A stretch of DNA of 64,000 bases from Acidobacteriota bacterium (GCA_965263035.1 OZ253580.1:3872001-3936000), one strand, 5' to 3'. Counted from the first letter of the stretch, positions 29,655-40,963 are shown. Notes: generated from the letters alone by a model not told the origin. Translations and numbers: made by a program.

Positions 29655-31163
29655 TCAGGCCATGGCGCCTTTGGCCGTCTCCAACAGCTCAACCGCCTTG
29701 ATCGCGATGGCGTCTCCCGCGGGGTGGGCGAACGGCGGTCGACGGGTGTAGCGGTAGACGGCCGACATGTACTCCCCGTCCCCCACGTCCCGGCTGGTGC
29801 CGATGTAGCTGAGATAACCGTTGCTGTAGGCGGCGGGTATGGTCATGGCGAAGGGACTCTGCTTCCGGATCTGATTCCCGATGCCGGAAAACGCCTCGCA
29901 CGGAATGGCCACCACTGCCACGTCGCCCAGCGCGATGACTTGCAAGGGGACGGGCAAGGAATCGGGCAGCACGGTCCCTTTCTCCTGAACCTCCAGCGCC
30001 CAATCGGTCCATCTCAGCAGGGGCCGGGCCAGATTCCTCCGGTATTTCATCTTCATGGTCGAGGAGAAGTTGTAGCCCAGGACCCGGAGCGTGTCGGGAT
30101 CGCCTTCCTTGGTTCTTCTCTGGAAGTCCAATAGTTCCCGGCGCTGCCGGAGGAGTTCCTCGGGCGGAGGGAGCGGAGCATAGGGGACTTGGGCCGTCCC
30201 CCAGGCCAGGGCCAGTGCGGACTCGGAATTGGCCCGGGTTCCGGAGGAGGCTCGAATGAAAGTGTCTCCCAATCGTCGTCCAGCGGCCCGGGCCCTTTCG
30301 GGACCGTCGAACATTCCCTTGACGTTGATGTCTCCCGCACAACCCTGGAGGAAGAACCCCACGGGCCGCCGGGGGTGAAACGATTCCACCAGGTCCAGAA
30401 TGGACCAACCTGAAAAATCGGGGTTGATCACCGGTTCTTCCAGGTTGTAGGCCGCCACCGGGTGGCCCGTGAAATGTCCCATCAGGGCCAGCGGCGTGCC
30501 GTCGGGGCGATCGAAGCGAAGCAGCGAGGCCAGGGGATCGTTGGCGCCCTCGAAGTCGCCCAGCAGGATCCGGTCCTCTTCCCGCATGAAATAGGTGGAC
30601 CCGTCGGGACGGACCCCTTTGCGGTTGTAGGTGATGGACGGCTCCTCGGCGGTCGCCCAGGAGAGTTTGGCTGGCTCGAAGCCCGCCTCCAGGGAGCGGG
30701 CGGCCTCCCGGAGATTTCTGAAGAACCGCTTGCCGAAGCCCCGGACGTTTCTCCTCAGTCCGCCGAGGGTGACGATGGAGTGATTGTGGGTCGCGGAGGC
30801 GATGGTCTGCTCCTGGGGAATGCCCAGACCCTGGGCCAGAAAACGCCTCCCCTCGTGCCAGATGTTGTAATCGCTGTTGACCCAGCCCAGAGTCAGCTTC
30901 CCCTGCCGGAGGGCCAGGAGACGGGTCTCCATGGGACCCTCGATCTTGCGAACCACCGGATTGGCGCCCAGGGTCGGGGACGGGACACCTACAGGCGGGG
31001 TGCAGTCGAAGCGTAGCGCGGAGATCTCCAGCTCCCCACGGCCCACGACCACCTGATCGGCCGCCGGTTTCCCCCACGCACGCCGCGGGAAAGGCAGCAG
31101 GGAAGCTCCCAGACCCACCAGAAAGTGACGCCGGTTGGCGCCTCTTCTTATGACTCTTCTCAT
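29655..31163 (-). CDS. Tat-exported neutral/alkaline ceramidase-like hydrolase
   Basis: RRHFL Tat motif; ATHNHS, TYNR, GHP, QGCAGD and PCEAF motifs. Confidence 0.72.
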   Translation of the reverse strand: MRRVIRRGANRRHFLVGLGASLLPFPRRAWGKPAADQVVVGRGELEISALRFDCTPPVGVPSPTLGANPVVRKIEGPMETRLLALRQGKLTLGWVNSDYNIWHEGRRFLAQGLGIPQEQTIASATHNHSIVTLGGLRRNVRGFGKRFFRNLREAARSLEAGFEPAKLSWATAEEPSITYNRKGVRPDGSTYFMREEDRILLGDFEGANDPLASLLRFDRPDGTPLALMGHFTGHPVAAYNLEEPVINPDFSGWSILDLVESFHPRRPVGFFLQGCAGDINVKGMFDGPERARAAGRRLGDTFIRASSGTRANSESALALAWGTAQVPYAPLPPPEELLRQRRELLDFQRRTKEGDPDTLRVLGYNFSSTMKMKYRRNLARPLLRWTDWALEVQEKGTVLPDSLPVPLQVIALGDVAVVAIPCEAFSGIGNQIRKQSPFAMTIPAAYSNGYLSYIGTSRDVGDGEYMSAVYRYTRRPPFAHPAGDAIAIKAVELLETAKGAMA

Positions 31164-31221
31164 AGCCGGGTTATTCCGCTTCGGCACGGGATAACGGGAT
31201 CCTCGGCGGGAGCAGTCGCGC

Positions 31222-32004
31222 CTACCAAAGGGTGTAGCCTCCATCGATGACGATGCTGGCGCCCGTCACGTAGCGGGAAGCGTCGCAGGCCAGATAGACG
31301 GCCAAGGGGCCCAGATCCTCGGGTTGCCCGAAGCCGCCCATGGGAATGTGGGCCATGAAGGTCTTGATCACCTGGGGGTGTTCCTTGGACCAGCGGATGT
31401 TGGGCTCGGTCATGAAGCCCCCGGGACAGATGGCATTGACCGTGATGCCGTGGGGCGCCCAGTCGGCGGCTACGGCTCGAGTGAAGTGGATGACGGCCGC
31501 CTTGGACGTCTCGTAGTGGCGGCCGCCGATGTCGCGAGCCACGATCAGCCCGTTGATGGAGGCGTTGTTGATGATGCGTCCCCCCTGGCCGCGGCGCACC
31601 ATGGCCCCGCCGATGATCTTGGTGCACAGGAAGGTGCTGGTCAGATTCAGATCGATGAGGCGTCGCCATTGCTCCAGGGTCATCTCCGTGGTGGGGATGT
31701 TCTCGCGGCGTCCTCCCACGTTGTTGATGAGGATGTCGATGGGGCCGTGATCCCTGAGAGCCGTCTCGCAGGCCCGTTCGCAATCCTCCATGTCGCCGAT
31801 GTCGGCCTGGATCGGGAACGCCTCCCGTCCCAGGTTCCTCAGATCTCCTGCCGTCCGCTCCAGGGATGCGGCATCCCGCCCCACCAGAATCACGTCGGCG
31901 CCGGCCTCGGCGATGGCCAGGGCCATTTCGCGCCCCAACCCCCGGCTGCCGCCGGTGATGAACATCCTCTTTCCCGTCAGTCGAAACCGGTCAAATACGC
32001 TCAT
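31222..32004 (-). CDS. SDR family oxidoreductase (gluconate 5-dehydrogenase-like)
   Basis: TGGSRGLG, NNVG, YETSK and NAICPG motifs. Confidence 0.88.
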   Translation of the reverse strand: MSVFDRFRLTGKRMFITGGSRGLGREMALAIAEAGADVILVGRDAASLERTAGDLRNLGREAFPIQADIGDMEDCERACETALRDHGPIDILINNVGGRRENIPTTEMTLEQWRRLIDLNLTSTFLCTKIIGGAMVRRGQGGRIINNASINGLIVARDIGGRHYETSKAAVIHFTRAVAADWAPHGITVNAICPGGFMTEPNIRWSKEHPQVIKTFMAHIPMGGFGQPEDLGPLAVYLACDASRYVTGASIVIDGGYTLW

Positions 32005-32063
32005 GATTTTTCTTGGTTGCGAATTGCAGATTGCAGCTCGGGGCGCCCTCATTCGTCATATGA

Positions 32064-32158
32064 GGAGGGGCGATTTCCAGTCGCCCGTTCCACCGTTCCC
32101 CCGTACGCTCATTCCCCCCTGCCCCGTCCGGAGTTCGGCGGTTAGAAACCGCCGCTCC
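32064..32158. repeat. Inverted pair of GGAG-headed REP-like hairpins
   Basis: GGAG-GGGCGA-TTTCCAG-TCGCCC and CGGCGGTT-AGA-AACCGCCG-CTCC, both intergenic. Confidence 0.55.
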
Positions 32159-32164
32159 TGTCCT

Positions 32165-33196
32165 TTACTCTTCTCCGGAATGCGCATCCCGCCAGTCGAA
32201 CACCACGTTCATCATGGTCTTGTCCCGGTGATAGGCCATCTCGTAGGCCTCCTGCATGCGAGTGTAGTGCAGCCGGTGGGTCACGAGGCGTTTGGGTTCC
32301 AGCAGGCCGTCGGCCATCAGTGTGAAGAGATGAGCCCGGTGCCGCGTCTGTTGGGCGTCGCCGTCGGCTCCGGGGAAGAGGTCGGGATCCTTGCCGGAGA
32401 CGGCGATGAGTGAGATGCCTTTGATGTAGAAGAGCTGCATGGAGAGGGGGTTGAACTCCAGTTCCTCTTCTCCGCGGCCCAGGAGACTGACGATGGAGAC
32501 ACGGCCGCCGGGCCGGACGATCTCCACGGCGGTTCGGTAGGCGGGCCATGGGTTCGCCGTCAGAATGACCAGGTCGATGCCGCGGCCGGAGCTGAACTCG
32601 TCCAGCTTCGCAGCCAGATCCGGATCGTCGCTGCTGAAGAGCCCGTGGGCCCCCATGCGCTGGGCCATTTCCAGGCGCAGGTCGCTGTTGCCGATGGCGG
32701 CAGTGCGCGCCCCATAAAGGGGCCCGATGGCGACGGCGCCCAGGCCCAGCGTCCCCAGCCCGACCACGGCCACGGTTTCGCCCGGCCGGATAAGCGCCTT
32801 GTGATAGCAATGGGCGCTCAGGGAATAGAGATTCCCGAAGACAGCGTCCTCGGGGTGAACGCCGTCCGGGACCTTGACCAGGATGCCCCCGGCTGGAGTG
32901 CAGATGTATTCCGACTGGTGATGCATCTGGGACAGGGCGCGGTCTCCCACCTGAAATCCGGTGACGTTGGAGCCGACGCCCCGGATCTCGCCCAGGTTGC
33001 TGTCTCCTACCCAGCGGGGATAAACGGGGGCTCCGGGGACGTCCTCGGCCCCTTCGTAGTTGCCGCGGTCGGTCCCGATCTTGAACCCGGTCACGATGGT
33101 CCGGACCCAAACCTCGTCCGGCGCCAGATTCGAGGGATCGAGCTCGTGGTCTTCGATCCGGAGGTCCCGGGGGCCGTGCAGAATGGCGATCTTCAT
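32165..33196 (-). CDS. Medium-chain (zinc-type alcohol) dehydrogenase family protein
   Basis: GroES-like N-terminus; VVGLGTLG Rossmann motif; LVTHR C-terminus. Confidence 0.82.
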   Translation of the reverse strand: MKIAILHGPRDLRIEDHELDPSNLAPDEVWVRTIVTGFKIGTDRGNYEGAEDVPGAPVYPRWVGDSNLGEIRGVGSNVTGFQVGDRALSQMHHQSEYICTPAGGILVKVPDGVHPEDAVFGNLYSLSAHCYHKALIRPGETVAVVGLGTLGLGAVAIGPLYGARTAAIGNSDLRLEMAQRMGAHGLFSSDDPDLAAKLDEFSSGRGIDLVILTANPWPAYRTAVEIVRPGGRVSIVSLLGRGEEELEFNPLSMQLFYIKGISLIAVSGKDPDLFPGADGDAQQTRHRAHLFTLMADGLLEPKRLVTHRLHYTRMQEAYEMAYHRDKTMMNVVFDWRDAHSGEE

Positions 33197-33369
33197 CTGG
33201 CCTTGCTCCTGGTTGATGTATCAATCTCGGTGCGATTCGAGACTGCTAACGTTACCAGCCCATGCCGGCTTTTGCCACGGTCCGGCAGCGGGAGCGGAGG
33301 AGGCCGAATTCGACTTCCGACTATCGTGGAAAGGGGATCGGCACTATCCTGGGAGCAGGAGGCTGACCC

Positions 33370-33972
33370 ATGACGGCGAAGCAGATTCGACGCAGAGACG
33401 CCCTCAAGACCATGGCCGTGGGATCCTCCGGTCTGGCGCAGCTGGTGGCGTCGGCACCGGTCGCGGGAACCGTTCCCGAACTGGCCGCGGAAGCTGCTCA
33501 CGGCGCGGTCGAGACCTGGAAGCCCAGTTTTCTGACGCCCGACGAGGCGGAGCTGTTGGCCACGCTGGCCGAGCTCATCATTCCGGAGACCGACACCCCG
33601 GGCGCCAGAACCGCCCGGGTCCACGAGCACATCGATCTGGTCTTGAGTCACGAGACCGAGGAGGTCCGGCAGGGTTTTCGCGAGGGACTGGAAGAGGTCG
33701 ATCGCCTCAGCCTCATCCGGTACGAGAAGGCGTTCGTCCGGCTTTCCCCGCAGGATCAGGAGGCGCTCCTGGGCCGGCTTGCGAATTCGGAACCGGATCA
33801 CCCTGAGAGAGCCGTGGGCCATGGCTTCTTCCGGGACCTGCGCCGGAGAACCGTGTTTGCCTACTACACCTCCCGGGAGGGGATCCACCAGGAATTGGAG
33901 TACCAGGGGAAGCAGGTGTTGGCGGAATGGGAGGGCTGCCCCCATCCCGGCCATCACGGGGACGAGGGGTAG
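33370..33972 (+). CDS. Gluconate 2-dehydrogenase subunit 3 family protein (Tat)
   Basis: RRDALK Tat motif; ELIIPETDTPGA and AYYTSREG motifs. Confidence 0.88.
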   Translation: MTAKQIRRRDALKTMAVGSSGLAQLVASAPVAGTVPELAAEAAHGAVETWKPSFLTPDEAELLATLAELIIPETDTPGARTARVHEHIDLVLSHETEEVRQGFREGLEEVDRLSLIRYEKAFVRLSPQDQEALLGRLANSEPDHPERAVGHGFFRDLRRRTVFAYYTSREGIHQELEYQGKQVLAEWEGCPHPGHHGDEG

Positions 33973-33996
33973 CCCGTCCGCTCGCGAGGTTTGGCA

Positions 33997-35682
33997 ATGG
34001 CACTGCGCGAATACGATGTCCTGGTCGTGGGCAGTGGAGCCGCCGGAGGGATGGCGGCCAAGGTCCTGACCGAGCACGGGTTGGAGGTGCTGGTGCTGGA
34101 GGCCGGCCCCCCCATCAAGAACACCGACTTCCTGACCCATTCCATGCCCTACGATTTCCCTTTTCGGGGACGGGGCAATCCCCAAGTCATCCGGAAGGAC
34201 GGCTGGCTGGCGGCGAGGGAGCAGACTCCGTTCTCAGGCTACTACACCAAGGACAGCGAGCATCCCTATACGAATGCGCCTACGAGTGCTTCGCAAAAGC
34301 CCTACAAGTGGACGGGCCGTTCCCGGATTCTGGGGGGACGGACCCTGCACTGGGGCCGCCAGTCCTTCCGTCTGGGCGAGTTCGACTTCAAGGCGGCGAG
34401 CATCGACGGCTACGGGGTGGACTGGCCCTTCACCTACGCCGACCTGGCGCCCTATTACGACAAGGTCGAGGACTACGTGGGAATCCAGGGGTTCAAGGAG
34501 GGCCTTCCCCAGATTCCCGACGGCCGCTTCCTGCCCCCCTTCGCCTACAACTGCTTCGAACATCTGATCCGGAAGGCAGCGGCGCGAAAGGGCTGGCGCC
34601 TGACAGCCCTCAGGACCGCCCAATTGAGCCGTTATCACCGGGGACGGCCGCCGTGTCACTACTGCGGAAGCTGCGGCTCCGGATGCGACGTGGGAGCCTT
34701 CTTCTCCAGCATCGCCGTCACCCTCCCCGACGCCGCGAAGACGGGAAAGCTGACCCTGCTGACCGACGCCGTCGTCCGGGAGGTGGTGGTGGACAAGGAG
34801 GGCCGGGTCCGGGGCGTCTCCTATGTCGACCGGAAGAGCAAGGTGGAGAGGAAGGTTCACGCCAAAGTGGTGGTGCTGGCCGCCGGCACTCTGGAGTCGA
34901 CTCGCATCCTGCTGAATTCGGTCTCCCGTATCCACCCTCGGGGCATGGCCAACGGCAGCGGCGTCCTGGGCCACTACCTCACCGATCATTTCACCGCCGG
35001 CCAGGTGATCGGGGTCCTGCCCGATCTGGTGGGGTCGAAAATCCGCAACGACGACGGCAAGGCAAACGGATCCTACATTCCCCGGCACAGCAACCTGGGA
35101 AGCCGCCATCCCCGATTCATTCGCGGTTACGGGATCATGGTCAAGGGGGGCAGCAGTGTCTTCCCGGGCCATGCCGACCTGATCGGTGGGTTCGGCGCCG
35201 GCTACAAGAAAAGGATCAAGGAGTTGCACCCGGCGGTGGTCCGGGTCTACGCCCGGGGGGAGCCGCTCCAGATCTTCGACAGCTACGTGGAGATCGACAA
35301 GGACGTGGTGGACGCGTGGGGCATCCCGGTCCTGAAGTTCCACTACAAGAGGACCGACAACGACCATCAGATGCTGGAGGATGCCTTTCAGAATCTGCAG
35401 GAGCTCATGCATGAGGCCGGAGCGGAAATTCTCCGCGAGGACAAGTCACTGAGCGCCCCGGGGGAGATCATCCACGAGATGGGAACCACCCGGATGGGAG
35501 ACGATCCGCGAACCAGCGTCCTGAACCAGTTCTGCCAGGCCCACGAGATCTCGAACCTGTTCGTCATGGACGGCGGTTGCTGGCCCAGCTCCGCCTGCCA
35601 GAATCCCACCGAAACCATTCTGGCAGTCGCTTGGCGATCCAGCGATTATCTGGCCGAGCAGTTCCGGACGGGCGATATTTGA
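33997..35682 (+). CDS. GMC family flavoprotein oxidoreductase
   Basis: GSGAAG, LGGRTLHW, CHYCGSCGSGC, HEMGTTRMG and QNPTET motifs. Confidence 0.92.
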   Translation: MALREYDVLVVGSGAAGGMAAKVLTEHGLEVLVLEAGPPIKNTDFLTHSMPYDFPFRGRGNPQVIRKDGWLAAREQTPFSGYYTKDSEHPYTNAPTSASQKPYKWTGRSRILGGRTLHWGRQSFRLGEFDFKAASIDGYGVDWPFTYADLAPYYDKVEDYVGIQGFKEGLPQIPDGRFLPPFAYNCFEHLIRKAAARKGWRLTALRTAQLSRYHRGRPPCHYCGSCGSGCDVGAFFSSIAVTLPDAAKTGKLTLLTDAVVREVVVDKEGRVRGVSYVDRKSKVERKVHAKVVVLAAGTLESTRILLNSVSRIHPRGMANGSGVLGHYLTDHFTAGQVIGVLPDLVGSKIRNDDGKANGSYIPRHSNLGSRHPRFIRGYGIMVKGGSSVFPGHADLIGGFGAGYKKRIKELHPAVVRVYARGEPLQIFDSYVEIDKDVVDAWGIPVLKFHYKRTDNDHQMLEDAFQNLQELMHEAGAEILREDKSLSAPGEIIHEMGTTRMGDDPRTSVLNQFCQAHEISNLFVMDGGCWPSSACQNPTETILAVAWRSSDYLAEQFRTGDI

Positions 35683-35819
35683 GATCCGAGACGAATGCCG
35701 CCGCGAGTCCCGGCCGTCTGGCGGAGCGTCTTTGAGGCACCCAGTTTCAACGGGTTCATCGGAGCGTGCTGGTGAACACGAATCGGATTCACAAGCTGAG
35801 TGCACCGAGCAGCAGCCGC

Positions 35820-38304
35820 TCAACGCCGGAAGTGCCAGTTCACGGTGTCGCCGGGCTGGGGATAGTTGGACTCGGACGCCCTTCCGTCCTGGGAGAGGAT
35901 GAAGACTCGGATCTGCGAGTCTCCGGGCTCGGCGAAATCGACGAGGGAGAATTCGTACAGGTAGCCGCTGTTGTCGATCTCCGAGCTGCCGTACGTCTTG
36001 ACGACATCGCTCCGGTATCGGCCGGTGCGCCCCGCGTACAGGAATTCTCCGTCCCGAAACAACACGATGGCTCGAGGCAGGACGAGGTTCTCCACGTCGG
36101 CGCCCCAGCCGCCGAGGAAGATCCGGCTCCGGTCCGGACTCAGACGAGAGACGACCCATCCGGCGACCCCGCGGTCGCCGATGGGGACCTTCCTTCCCTC
36201 CGGCGTTACCAGAAGGGATTCCCCTCCGGCCGCATCCAGCCGGTAAGTCGCGGGAGCGGGGATTTCCACGGGCAAAAGGGCGACGGACGATCCGGTGCTG
36301 CTCGTTTCGTAGATTCGGATCCGGTTGCTTCCGTCCCGGAAGGAGGTCTCCGGAACCAGGGCCGAGAAGACGGTGTCTCCGTCCAGGTGGGAGGTTCGGG
36401 TCACGGCGCCGACGGTGCCGTTGACGCCGATGGCCAAGGTCCGGCCGATCCGGGAGCCCTGGCTGCCGACGACCCGGCCCGAGATTCGCGACAACAGGAA
36501 GGAGGAGTCGAGATCGACCTGCCGGAACAGGTGGCTGCCGTCGATCTCCACCGTCAGGTCCGATTTCCCTTGGACCAACGCGTCCGTTCGCTCGCCCACC
36601 AGTTCGGCGTGGGGTCCGATCCGATAGAGATCCTGCTCCGAGAGTTCACCGTTCGCGGCTGCGAAGAGTGCCAGCTTCCGGTCCAGGCTCTTCCAGCGTG
36701 CCTCCAGGCGGGGATCGAACGAGAACTTCTCGCCGTCATCGTTGTAGACGATCTTCTCGGATCGTTCCGGCGCCTCGGTGTCCAGGGCAGACTGGCCGTC
36801 CAGCGGCCACTCCGTCTCGATGCCCAGCATCTCCACCAGGGTCGGAAGGATGTCCATGTAGTTGGTGCCGGTCACTCGTCGGCGCGAGTCGCCGGGGCGA
36901 AAGCTGGCTCCGTGGTCGGCGGTCAGCACCAGGAGTGTGGAGTCGTAAAGATCCTCCTCACGGAGTCTCCGAACCAGTTCTCCGACCAGACGATCCAGGA
37001 ACGTCACCTGCAGGAGATGGCGCTGGTAGGACTGGGTCACCAGCCAGGGGTCCTCCAACCATTGGTTCACCTCCAGACCACGGCTGTTGGGCCCCATCAC
37101 TCCGGCCACGCCCGGCCGCTCCGAGAGGGTGTACAACTTGCCCGAGGGAAGATATTTCCAACTGGCGTGGGGAAGCATGGTGTGCAGGAAATAGAGGGCC
37201 GGGGATCCGTTGCCGCGAATGGAGTCGACGAAGTTCCGAAAACGGTCGGGCCGTCGGGACCAGTCGACGCGGAAGTCCCTCCAGGCGCGGCGAATCTGAC
37301 CCGGAGCGCCGGGGTTCAGGAATTGGTTCCAGGTCTGGGTCACCGGCGGAAGCCATCGCGACGCCCAGGCCGGCGGGAGCAGGAGGTGGAGATAGGCGAC
37401 GGACAGGTCCTCGGCCAGCAGCCGGACGCGGGGGCCGAAGGGTGCGGGGATTCTCCGAGGATTCAGCCCGGTGACCTGCTCCCGAATCCTCAAGTCGTGG
37501 GAACCGGAGAGGAGGGAGAAGAGGTTCTTGGGGTACTCGCGAAACAGGGGGAGGGGAAAAGGACGCTGCCGGGGGGGTGCCCGACAAGATCACGGGAATC
37601 GACAACAGGGTGCTCTCATTGTTGGTGGTCGCGTTCCGGAACCAGTAGGAGTTCTCCGCCAGCTCAGCCAGGTTGGGAAAGAGGTTCGAGTCGATCTCCC
37701 GGCGCCCGTTGAGCAGGGAGATGAGTGGGAACTCGTCGAAGATCACCATCACGACGGGCGCCCTGGCGCCGGATTCGATCCCCACTTCGGAGTCCGGTTC
37801 GGGAAGGATCAGCTTCCGGATCTCCGAATCCAGGAGGAAGAGGAGGGGGAACAGGACGGCCGCCGGGATCAGATAGGAGAGATAGGTCCTGATCACCGAG
37901 AGCCGGCAATACGCGAACACGAAGGCCGCCCCGGAGAGCAGGGAAAGGACCAGCGCCGCCGTCTCGGGCGCCGGTAGCTTCTTGAGTCCCTGGAGGACGA
38001 GTCCGGCGGTCAGGAGGCCCAACAGGCCCAGGTAGGTCCCGGTGCCCAACTGCGGATGGACTCTGGCCAGACTCCGGACCACCAAAGCCGCCGCTCCCGG
38101 CAACAGGAGGGACAGCGCCAGAGTCAGCAGGAGAATGTCCACCCGCTCGCTCTGGTGGGCCGGCAGAAACTCGGGATGCCGGGTCAGGAGGTCGTAGATG
38201 GGCTGCGCCGTCGTGAACGCCGACAGGACCAGCAGGTGGATGAACCGGATTCGAATTCCGGCGGTTGGTTGGCTTCGGCTCGGATCGTTCATCTGTAGCG
38301 GCAC
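35820..38304 (-). pseudogene. Membrane-anchored sulfatase/LTA-synthase-like hydrolase, frameshifted near 37545-37580
   Basis: TM N-terminus and FDEFP in one frame; HTMLPH, DRLVG and TADHG in another; the shift lies in homopolymer runs (G7 at 37571-37577). Confidence 0.72.
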
Positions 38305-38476
38305 CCAGCGGGGCTCCTACGGCTTCTCACAGGGTGACGACATTCCAACAAAAGGGGAGGAAAGAGAAAAGTAGAGCAGAGAAGCATCCCGATTCGTTGT
38401 CGGGGCAACTTCTACTTCTTCATTTTCGCTTCCGGCGTGCTATGTTTTTTCCGTCCGGCCCGGGGCTTGGAGTTGA

Positions 38477-39352
38477 ATGGTTGGGGCCGGCTTGGCAAGT
38501 CCCATGGATCATCTGGTTCGTCCGCTTTCACCGGCCGCCGTCGTACTGGATCTGGGTGCGGGGCCCGGAAGTTTTTCCTATGCCGCGACCGAGGCTCGGG
38601 TCTTGGCTGTGGACGTGGATTTCCCGGACGCCGCGCAAGGTGCTTGGGCCCGGGTCCTGGGAGATTCGGGCGCGATTCCCCTCGGAGAGGAAACCGTAGA
38701 CGTGGTGGTCTGCAACCATACGCTGGAGCATTTTCCGGACTGCCGGCAAGCCATTCGTGAAATCGACCGCGTGCTCCGGCCGGGCGGTTCGCTGTGGGTG
38801 GCGGTGCCCGATGGGCGTTGCCTGGACGATCGGCTGTACCGCTTCCTCTTCCGGGGCGGGGGACACGTGAACCGCTTTTCTCTCGCCAGCCTGGTGGAGG
38901 CCATCGAGACCGGCACCCGATTGCGGACCCGCTCCTGCAAGAAGCTCTACACCGGGTTCGTCTATCTGAATCCGCCGGACCCCCAAAGGGTCCGTTATTT
39001 CCCCCGGCCGGCCCGGCTGCTGGTCCGGATTCCGCCCCGGCTGCTGAGAGCTCTGCTCTGCTGGTTGAACTATGCGGTTCGGGTATTGGATCGTCTTCTG
39101 CGGACCCGGTTGAGCCAGTACGGCTGGGGGCTGGTGGTCCGGCGGGAAGACAACTCCTCGGGGTCGGTGACGGATCTGGCCCGGCTACGAATGGAAGCCG
39201 GCGACGCCAACGTCTGCTTCGCCTGTGGAGCCGGGCATGTGGAGGCGACGCTCAAACCCTTCCGCGTCCTCTTCCGGACCTGTTACGAGTGTCCCAATTG
39301 CGGGACCCGGAATCTCGTGTCTCCTCTGAGCGAGTCCCAAGGATCGGTCTGA
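38477..39352 (+). CDS. Class I SAM-dependent methyltransferase with a C-terminal CxxC...CxxC zinc ribbon
   Basis: VLDLGAGPG, HTLEH, RVLRPGG; CFAC and CPNC. Confidence 0.82.
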   Translation: MVGAGLASPMDHLVRPLSPAAVVLDLGAGPGSFSYAATEARVLAVDVDFPDAAQGAWARVLGDSGAIPLGEETVDVVVCNHTLEHFPDCRQAIREIDRVLRPGGSLWVAVPDGRCLDDRLYRFLFRGGGHVNRFSLASLVEAIETGTRLRTRSCKKLYTGFVYLNPPDPQRVRYFPRPARLLVRIPPRLLRALLCWLNYAVRVLDRLLRTRLSQYGWGLVVRREDNSSGSVTDLARLRMEAGDANVCFACGAGHVEATLKPFRVLFRTCYECPNCGTRNLVSPLSESQGSV

Positions 39353-40963
39353 ATGGAGCCGTCTCCCGAATCGTCAGGCAAGAACAAGAACCGCTTCAAG
39401 GAGAAATTTCGGTACTATTCCGTCCGGATTCTTCTGGCCCTGGGGGTCGCGGCCCTCTGTCTGGCATTGGCCTCTCCTCTGGTGCTGAAAATTCTACGGC
39501 CGGCGTTGCTTCATTACCTGCTCGACAATCTCTCCGACGCCCGGCGGCTGGAGCTCTACGAGTCCCTGGCCGCCCGATCCGGCCAGTTCTACGACGCCGT
39601 GCCCGAACCCAAGGTGGGACGCCTGGGGAAGAGGGGGGTCGTGACCCGATATCGGGGCGCCGAGGTCAGGATCAACAACGCCGGGATGCGGAGTTCCTCC
39701 GACTACCGGGCCAAGCCGAAGGGGGTCTTTCGGATCGTCTGTCTCGGAGACTCCTACGTGTTCGGAACCGGCGGACCGGAGGAGGACCGGTTCTGCGATC
39801 AGGTCGGGGAGTTCTATCGCCACCGTGACCTCCGGGCCGGAGGCAAGGTCATCGAGACCTACGCCCTGGGCCTGGACAGTTGGACCCTGACCCAGGAGGC
39901 GTCCTATCTCTCCAGCCGGATCTCCGCCTACGATCCGGACATCATCCTGCAACTGAGCGTCTCCAACGACATTACGCCCTTGGCCGGCGTCAACGGCCTC
40001 GGCATGGCCACCTACGAGTTCAGTCCGGAAGCGAGGCAGTGGGGCTCCGGGCTGTTCTCGAATCAGGCGGCGCGATATTTCGGCGAGCGGAACTTCAGCG
40101 CCCTGGCCTGGAGCCTCTCGCCCCAGAGTCGCCAGGAGTGGACTCGCGCCTTCTCGGCCCTGGGCCGTCTGGTGGAGCTCCAACAGGGAAGGGGAGGCAG
40201 GATTCTGCTCTCGGTCCTGGACTACCCATTCTCCGGCCAGTTCTTCAGCGAGCTCTACACTTGGCATCTTCACCAGTCCAGGCTCCACGTCCCCTTTCTG
40301 GCGACTTCGTTCCTGCCTTCATTCGAGACGCAGTTGCCGCATGACGCACACCCCAACCAGCTGGGGAACGGCTATCTGGCCGCCCACTATATTCACGCCC
40401 TGAATCGGCTCGGATGGATTCCGGTTCCCGATTCGGATCTCCCGCACCTCCCGGAAGAGCTCACACTGGATCTCAATCCCGAACCCGATCCGGATCGCCT
40501 GAAGCGGGACCGGGAAGAATTCGTTTCCCGGCACCTGCGGACCGGTCTGGACTTCGGCCGGTTGAGCCGCGAGGAGACCCGGGCCTTCCTGGGGGGCATC
40601 TTTCCGGAACGAGGGGGGGAGAAGGCTCTTCAGGGTTATCCCTGGGCGTCCATCCGGAGCGGTTTCCTCATGAGCCGGCTGGAGGGGGGGCGCGAGCGCC
40701 AACTGGTGCTGGAGATCCGGATTCCGCCTCTGCCCGAGCTCTTTCCCTTCCGGCTGACGGTAATGGCGGAAGGCACGGAGATCGCCCGCCTTGACCTGGA
40801 TAAACCGGAACCTTCGGACCTTTACCGGTTGGAGGGGGACCTTCCCGCGTTGGATCGACGGGAGCTGGCCAGAGAGGTCGTCCTCATCACCTCGTCCTAC
40901 TTCGCCGGCATCGGCAACGCGAGAATGAAGTCGTTCCGCCTGGTTTCGGCGGAGCTGGAGTAG
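39353..40963 (+). CDS. Membrane-anchored SGNH/GDSL hydrolase
   Basis: N-terminal TM; LGDSYVFG, ND and DAHPN motifs. Confidence 0.8.
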   Translation: MEPSPESSGKNKNRFKEKFRYYSVRILLALGVAALCLALASPLVLKILRPALLHYLLDNLSDARRLELYESLAARSGQFYDAVPEPKVGRLGKRGVVTRYRGAEVRINNAGMRSSSDYRAKPKGVFRIVCLGDSYVFGTGGPEEDRFCDQVGEFYRHRDLRAGGKVIETYALGLDSWTLTQEASYLSSRISAYDPDIILQLSVSNDITPLAGVNGLGMATYEFSPEARQWGSGLFSNQAARYFGERNFSALAWSLSPQSRQEWTRAFSALGRLVELQQGRGGRILLSVLDYPFSGQFFSELYTWHLHQSRLHVPFLATSFLPSFETQLPHDAHPNQLGNGYLAAHYIHALNRLGWIPVPDSDLPHLPEELTLDLNPEPDPDRLKRDREEFVSRHLRTGLDFGRLSREETRAFLGGIFPERGGEKALQGYPWASIRSGFLMSRLEGGRERQLVLEIRIPPLPELFPFRLTVMAEGTEIARLDLDKPEPSDLYRLEGDLPALDRRELAREVVLITSSYFAGIGNARMKSFRLVSAELE

